Shown: positions 59,042-64,000 of the stretch, in pieces
Numbering within the stretch: position 1 is the stretch's first letter
Layout of the letters: each line of letters opens with the position of its first letter
DNA from: Pseudomonas sp.
GTDB lineage: Bacteria; Pseudomonadota; Gammaproteobacteria; Pseudomonadales; Pseudomonadaceae
DNA: 64,000 nucleotides
Direction: 5' to 3'
Assembly: GCA_035655415.1 (NCBI GenBank)
Contig: DASRUM010000251.1
Span: forward strand, 49,342 to 113,341
Notes under the pieces: model-generated
What the model saw: only the letters and a program-made list of their open reading frames with translations
Told to the model about the DNA's origin: nothing
Databases searched by the model: none
Program-made: the position numbers and the translations under genes

Positions 59042-59782
59042 TTATTCGAAGCGTACTACCAACTCTACTCCCATCATCAGCAGGCGGTATTCCCCCTGCT
59101 GAATATCCACTGGCGCTAACAGCGCACCAGAGAGAATCACCTGCCCAGCGCGCAGCGGCTGGTCGTCGGCCAACAGTCGGCGCAGCAGCCATAGCAGGTT
59201 CTGCTCAGGGGCCTCGCCGGCCTCGGTGCTACCAAGCACAGCGTCTTCATGCAGCAGACGGCAGCCGATCTGCCGGCAAGCCTGTGCGTCGAATGCCTGC
59301 CAGGGCCCCAGGCAATACAATCCTGCTGCCGCATCGTCAGCGAGAAAGGCGCCAACGTCGAAACGCCAGCCCTGCCAGCGGCAGTCGGCGATCTCGAAGG
59401 CCGGCGCCATACGGGTCACGGCGGCCAGCAGCGCCTCATCCTCATGTAAGCCGGGTGCAATATCGTGGCCAAGCTCAAAGGCCACTTCGACCTCCAGCTT
59501 GGGAGCGATTAGCTGCGCCAGCGGTAATACGCTACCGGGGCTACGCGCCATATCGACACTCAGCCAACCGTAGACAGGCTCACGCAGGCCCAGGCGCGCC
59601 TGGGCGGGTGCGCCGCTGAGCGCGACCTTCCAACCACCAAGCACCTGCCCACTTTCCATGAGGGCCTGACGCTGCAGGTCATAGCCCTGCTCCAATGACA
59701 GTGCCTGTTCCAGCTTTACCAGCGGCTGAGCGTCCCGCTGCGCCTGGCGCAGCGCTGCAGGCAGATCGCTTGGCGCGCTCAT
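59042..59782 (-). CDS. 2-keto-4-pentenoate hydratase/decarboxylase-like (FAH superfamily)
   Basis: GWKVAL, EPVYG, EVEVAF, PAFEIAD, LRAGQVILSG. Confidence 0.8.
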   Translation of the reverse strand: MSAPSDLPAALRQAQRDAQPLVKLEQALSLEQGYDLQRQALMESGQVLGGWKVALSGAPAQARLGLREPVYGWLSVDMARSPGSVLPLAQLIAPKLEVEVAFELGHDIAPGLHEDEALLAAVTRMAPAFEIADCRWQGWRFDVGAFLADDAAAGLYCLGPWQAFDAQACRQIGCRLLHEDAVLGSTEAGEAPEQNLLWLLRRLLADDQPLRAGQVILSGALLAPVDIQQGEYRLLMMGVELVVRFE

Positions 59783-61383
59783 GACAGCTGCCTGGCCAGT
59801 TTGCCGAGTACGTCATTCAGGCGCTCGGGCGTCGTGAGGGCGGCCACGAAGCGATCCGGGCGGACCACGACAATGTTGTCGCGCGCCTTGGAAAACCATT
59901 CGGCCAGACAGTTATCCACATCCTCCACGCTGATCACCCCTGCGGTGCTTAGCGGCTGGTTGCGTGAACCGCTGCGCGAGCGGTTGACCTGAATAAAGCG
60001 GGTCTCCAGGCCCGCCCAGAATGCCTGGGTCTCCTCACTCAGTTGTTCGAGCGGGTTGCAGCGGTAGGCCAGCACCGCATACCAGGGGCCCAGCACCTGA
60101 TCCAGGCGAATGCGCTCGCCGCTTGCATCCTCCACGTCTGGCTGAATGAATAGCTGACCCACTGGATCGTCCTCACGCACATCTTGGCGCTCGTGATGTA
60201 CCAAGCCTTTGGCAAGAGTAGCCCTAGGTTTGAACTTGAATTCAGAGAGGTGCGAACGCAGGTTATCCACCGTGTTCACCGCCTGGAACAGCCAATCCCG
60301 CACGCCGGCGACCAGGGGATTGGTCATCCCGAGCATGGCGCCCATGTTGTCGGCCAGGGCAATCAGGTCGGTGGCATGGCCACGACGCTCCTGATCGTAT
60401 GTCTGGATGATTGCGGGATTGGCCCGCCCTTTGAGTACCGCTGCCAACTTCCAGCACAGGTTGGCAACGTCGCGCAGCCCGGAGTTGAGGCCTTGGCCGG
60501 CCCAAGGTGGGGAGATGTGTGCGGCATCGCCAATCAGCGCGACACGGCCAGAGACGAAGCGCTCAGCCACCCGCGAGTTATGGGTGTAAGCGCGGATACG
60601 CACGATCTCGAGCTGATCGACTGCCTCGCCGATATGCCCACGGATCATGCGGCGGATGTTGCCCTCCTCGCACATGGCCTCCTCGCTCTCGCCTTCGAGC
60701 AACATAAACTCCCAACGGCGTTGGCTGTACGGCAAGTAAATGCACACAAAGGGTCGCTGCGGGTCGGCGTGCAGCGCGGTGTAAGGCGCATCCAGGGTGT
60801 CGTTGGTGGCATCAACCACCACCCATTTGCGCGGGTGGGTCAGGCCGATCAGGGAAATACCCAGTTGCTTGCGCACGCAAGAGCGGCCACCGTCGGCGCC
60901 GATCACATAGCGCGCACGCAGCTCGTACGCCTCGCCATCAGCATCTCGCACCTGCAGGGTGACGCCGTCGTCGTCCTGCTCCAGCGAAAGCATCTCGTGG
61001 CCTTCGCGCAGGTCAACGCCCTCATGGCGCACCAGCTCCTCGCGCAAGGTGCCTTCGAGCAACTGCTGCATAAAGATATTGCGCATTGGCCAGCCATAGG
61101 TGGCAACGCTTGGCTTGACCTCGGCGAAGCACACACCACGCGCGTTGTAGTAACGCAGCGGCACGTTGGCGATCATGTCGCGGTGCGCCCGCTCGGCCAC
61201 GCCGACGGTCTGCAGCACGCGTAGGGCCTCATCGTCCATGCCCACCGCACGCGGGTACGGCAGGATGCCCTGAGCAAGTTCCAGCACCACGCAATCGATG
61301 CCGTACAGGCCCATGTAATGAGCGGCGGTGATGCCATTGGGGCCGCCACCAACGATTACGACCTGGGTAGTTTCCCGTTTCAT
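59779..61383 (-). CDS. MhpA-like FAD-dependent phenolic hydroxylase
   Basis: GGGPNG, YPRAVGMDDEALR, IGADGG, GDAAHISPPWAGQGLNSG, VRPDRFV. Confidence 0.85.
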   Translation of the reverse strand: MKRETTQVVIVGGGPNGITAAHYMGLYGIDCVVLELAQGILPYPRAVGMDDEALRVLQTVGVAERAHRDMIANVPLRYYNARGVCFAEVKPSVATYGWPMRNIFMQQLLEGTLREELVRHEGVDLREGHEMLSLEQDDDGVTLQVRDADGEAYELRARYVIGADGGRSCVRKQLGISLIGLTHPRKWVVVDATNDTLDAPYTALHADPQRPFVCIYLPYSQRRWEFMLLEGESEEAMCEEGNIRRMIRGHIGEAVDQLEIVRIRAYTHNSRVAERFVSGRVALIGDAAHISPPWAGQGLNSGLRDVANLCWKLAAVLKGRANPAIIQTYDQERRGHATDLIALADNMGAMLGMTNPLVAGVRDWLFQAVNTVDNLRSHLSEFKFKPRATLAKGLVHHERQDVREDDPVGQLFIQPDVEDASGERIRLDQVLGPWYAVLAYRCNPLEQLSEETQAFWAGLETRFIQVNRSRSGSRNQPLSTAGVISVEDVDNCLAEWFSKARDNIVVVRPDRFVAALTTPERLNDVLGKLARQLS

Positions 61384-61401
61384 CTTTTGCTCACCCGTTT
61401 C

Positions 61402-62250
61402 TTATTCTGATGGCTTGGTCATGTCCCGGAGGTATCCGGCGACAGTACGGTTGAACGCTTCGCCCTGGTCATCGTGTACGTAATGGCTCGCGCCAGCGAT
61501 TTCCACGGTACGGATGTTGCTGTTTTGTTCCTGCATGGCGGCCAACGTCGCAGGCGGTAAGAAGTCCGAATTGCCACCGCGCACGAACAGCGTCGGACAA
61601 TCCAGTGCCCGTACGGCCGGCCAAAGATCGACCGGTTCGATGCTCAAACGCGCATCGGCAATGCCCAGCTGGTCATGCCGCCAAACGATACCCTGCGCTG
61701 TCTCACGCATGGAGTGGGCCAGACGCAAACGCAGGCCCTGCTCCGACAACCCAGGACGCGACTTAACCCAGAATGCTCGCGCCGCTTCCCAGTCGGCAAA
61801 TAACAACGGCGTTTGGCGCATCTCGCGGCGGATGCGCTCGGCACCATCGCCAACGCTCGACGAACCAGGACCGATGTCCTCGACCACCAGCGCCAGCAGG
61901 CGCCCCGGATTTTGCCGTGCGTATTCCAGCGCATTGGCCCCGCCAAGGGAATGGCCGACCAGGGCGAAATGCTGCAGCTCCAGGTGCGCGACCAGGTCTT
62001 CCAGATCGTGCACGTAGGATTGGGTGTGGTAGCTGCTGCTCTCGGCCCAGTCGCTCAGGCCACGCCCGCGCTGATCCAATGCGTAGCAGCAGAAGTCATC
62101 GCCCAGCGCCTGCGCCAAGGATTCCCAGGTCTGCGCATAGGCACGCAGACCGTGCAGCAGAATCAGCGGCGTGCCCTGCGGGTTGCCCCAGCACAGGACA
62201 TGCAGGCGCAACCCGCTGCGGTTGTTGAAGAACTGGCTGTGCACGGTCAT
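61402..62250 (-). CDS. Alpha/beta hydrolase
   Basis: LLHG, DQRGRG.S, GHSLGG, ASHYVH. Confidence 0.88.
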   Translation of the reverse strand: MTVHSQFFNNRSGLRLHVLCWGNPQGTPLILLHGLRAYAQTWESLAQALGDDFCCYALDQRGRGLSDWAESSSYHTQSYVHDLEDLVAHLELQHFALVGHSLGGANALEYARQNPGRLLALVVEDIGPGSSSVGDGAERIRREMRQTPLLFADWEAARAFWVKSRPGLSEQGLRLRLAHSMRETAQGIVWRHDQLGIADARLSIEPVDLWPAVRALDCPTLFVRGGNSDFLPPATLAAMQEQNSNIRTVEIAGASHYVHDDQGEAFNRTVAGYLRDMTKPSE

Positions 62251-62264
62251 CGCAATGCTCCCGA

Positions 62265-62867
62265 TCAGGTCAGGCCGTTATCGCCCTTGATGTCTTCTGC
62301 GCGCAGGCCGCCCAAGCGTGCATGCAAACGCCCCCGGGTGGCGAAGGCCCAGATGATGATCACTTCGTCCGGCGCCGGGCCGTCACCGAAAGTCACCGAC
62401 ACGGTGTCGTACTGGGCGCGCACATAGAGCGCATCCTTGTGCGCCAGCGGCACATCGATGGTGCAACCCGGCGCGCCACGTTTGCCGGTGGACGGCACCC
62501 AGGATTTGCCACCGCCCAGTGCCACGCGGATCGGGTCCGCTGCCGGGTTGGTGAGAAAGGCGTTACCGTGCTCGTACTCGCCATTGGCGCCGACCAGACA
62601 GGCCTTGCCGTAGCTGAGAATTTTCCGCTCGCCGGCCAGCTCACGGATGCGCCGGCCGAACTCCTCACCCAGTGCTGGCGAGTCGTCGATCAGTGCGCTC
62701 AGGTCCTGGCTGAAACGCCCGGCATAGGGATTGTGCACGGCAGCGGCAATCACGTACTTGAATAGCGGCTCGCCATCGGCCAGTTGCCCGGACTCATTGG
62801 CCAGGGTTTCCTCGGTGAAGCTGTACCACTTACGGATGTGATAATTGGCGAAGTTGCTCGGGTTCAT
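62265..62867 (-). CDS. 'Amino acid synthesis' family (DUF1185-type) protein
   Basis: NPYAGRF, SYGKA.LVG.NGEYEHG, DVPLAHKD..YVRAQYD, DGPAPDE, GRLHARLGG. Confidence 0.8.
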   Translation of the reverse strand: MNPSNFANYHIRKWYSFTEETLANESGQLADGEPLFKYVIAAAVHNPYAGRFSQDLSALIDDSPALGEEFGRRIRELAGERKILSYGKACLVGANGEYEHGNAFLTNPAADPIRVALGGGKSWVPSTGKRGAPGCTIDVPLAHKDALYVRAQYDTVSVTFGDGPAPDEVIIIWAFATRGRLHARLGGLRAEDIKGDNGLT

Positions 62868-62877
62868 AGCATTGTCC

Positions 62878-63327
62878 TCAGAGGGGGTCGAGAGTGATGT
62901 TGCGACTGGGCGCGCAAGCGGCCTTGAAGCGGGCCTTAGCCCGGTCGTCGTCGTGATCGGTCTCAAGGAAGAATTCCAGACGGTTCTCGTCCGGGTCGTT
63001 GAAGTACAGGCCGTTGCCGATTTCGTGGTCGGTGATCTTCACCACCTCCACGCCCTTGCTCAGCAACATGCCGTAAAGCTGACGCAGGGTGGTCATGTCA
63101 CCCGCGATCTCCAGCCCATAGTGCTGCAGACCCAAGCCGCCCTGGTGAGCACCGGGCGCGGCTTTGATCAGGGCGATATCGTGGTGCTTGCTGCCGAAGG
63201 CCATCATCACCCAGGCCTCACCACGGGCACTCTCGTGCATGCCGAGTACATCGGCATACCAAAGTGCAGAGGCATTCGGGTCGGTAACGAACAGGGACAG
63301 GTGGGTACGCACGATTTCGACTTTCAT
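62878..63327 (-). CDS. Single-domain VOC/glyoxalase-family protein
   Basis: THLSLFV, HHDIAL, GLQHYG, YFNDPDENRLEF; ATG 63327 with SD GAGGAG. Confidence 0.85.
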   Translation of the reverse strand: MKVEIVRTHLSLFVTDPNASALWYADVLGMHESARGEAWVMMAFGSKHHDIALIKAAPGAHQGGLGLQHYGLEIAGDMTTLRQLYGMLLSKGVEVVKITDHEIGNGLYFNDPDENRLEFFLETDHDDDRAKARFKAACAPSRNITLDPL

Positions 63328-63337
63328 GCAGAGCTCC

Positions 63338-64000
63338 TCACTTCTTGCTGGCGACAGAGGTATGGGCCGGCTTGATCTGCGCGACGGCCGGCGTCCACAG
63401 CACATCGGCAATTTCACTGAAATCGCGCCACTGCTTGAGCCAGCCGTCACCGCCGTTCGCTGAGGTGAACAGGTGGCCGTACTTGGTACCGGCGATGATC
63501 TGCTTCGGGTTGTTCGGGTTGATGCCAATGACCCAGACGCAAGAGTTGGGCTGTTGCGGCAGCGGCAGCACTTCCCAGGTCTCGGCCGCGTCGCGCGAAA
63601 CGAGGATCTTGCTGGTGGTGCCGGGCGTACCATCGGAGATGCTCAGGTAGACGGTGTCTTCACTGCCCAGCGGCGCGTTCATGGCGCGCACGTAGTACAG
63701 GCCAAAGTCATCCTTGGCCAGTTGCCCGCTCCAGCTCAGGCCTTCATCTTCACTGCGGTAAATGGCGTTGACGCACACCACCACGATGATCTTCTTGCCG
63801 TGATTGGGCATGACCAGGATGTTGTGGATGTCCGAGTTGTAGTCCCACAACAGGCGTTCATCGACACGGGTGAAGGTGTCGCCGCCGTCGCGGCTGTGGA
63901 ACAGGCCGCCCTCCTCCAGGCCGAACCAGACCTGATTGCGGTCGGTCGGGTCATAGGCGAAGGCCAGCAGCCGCGGTTTGCTCACACCTTCGCAGAATTC
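63338..64000 (-). CDS. BNR/Asp-box beta-propeller protein (5' end outside window)
   Basis: SRDGGDTF, SEDEGLSW, SRDAAETW, SANGGDGW repeats; frame appears open to the window edge. Confidence 0.8.
   Translation of the reverse strand, partial: EFCEGVSKPRLLAFAYDPTDRNQVWFGLEEGGLFHSRDGGDTFTRVDERLLWDYNSDIHNILVMPNHGKKIIVVVCVNAIYRSEDEGLSWSGQLAKDDFGLYYVRAMNAPLGSEDTVYLSISDGTPGTTSKILVSRDAAETWEVLPLPQQPNSCVWVIGINPNNPKQIIAGTKYGHLFTSANGGDGWLKQWRDFSEIADVLWTPAVAQIKPAHTSVASKK

Noticed and set aside
59779-61383. Assigning the symbol mhpA (and mhpD to 59042-59782)
   Set aside because: Family-level similarity only; the context lacks mhpB/E/F/R, so the substrate is uncertain.

Overview
GC-rich Pseudomonas-type chromosomal window devoted almost entirely to sensing, importing and degrading plant phenylpropanoid-type aromatics. 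(1) 1-14046: fde-like (flavonoid-degradation-like) cluster with a NodD/FdeR-type LysR, an extradiol dioxygenase, a Rieske ferredoxin, an FAD monooxygenase and a C-C-hydrolase-like alpha/beta hydrolase. Three nod-box-like ATC-N9-GAT-N7-ATC-N9-GAT sites lie upstream of its transcription units, and it includes a DUF1302-DUF1329-Ycf48-RND module, an unannotated 38-aa ORF, an MFS transporter and a RutE-like nitroreductase. (2) 14468-26656: chemoreceptors, orphan solute-binding proteins (PotF-like with an altered amine pocket), a porin, a NylB-like amidase and a TetR with a duplicated candidate operator; possibly a phenolamide/N-acyl-amine utilisation module. (3) 26838-52511: monolignol/ferulate funnel (calA, calB, fcs, ech, vdh, aat, vanAB, vanR, MarR, sigma54 activator) with a second DUF1302-DUF1329-Ycf48-RND module and an MCP. 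(4) From about 53076: a 5' stub of an ABC-F gene (probable island junction), a second-copy dapA-MCP-PotF unit and an uncharacterised MhpA-like aromatic pathway running off the window. No rRNA, tRNA, CRISPR or intact transposase/integrase was seen. Family calls come from motif recognition and recalled sequences, not database searches.
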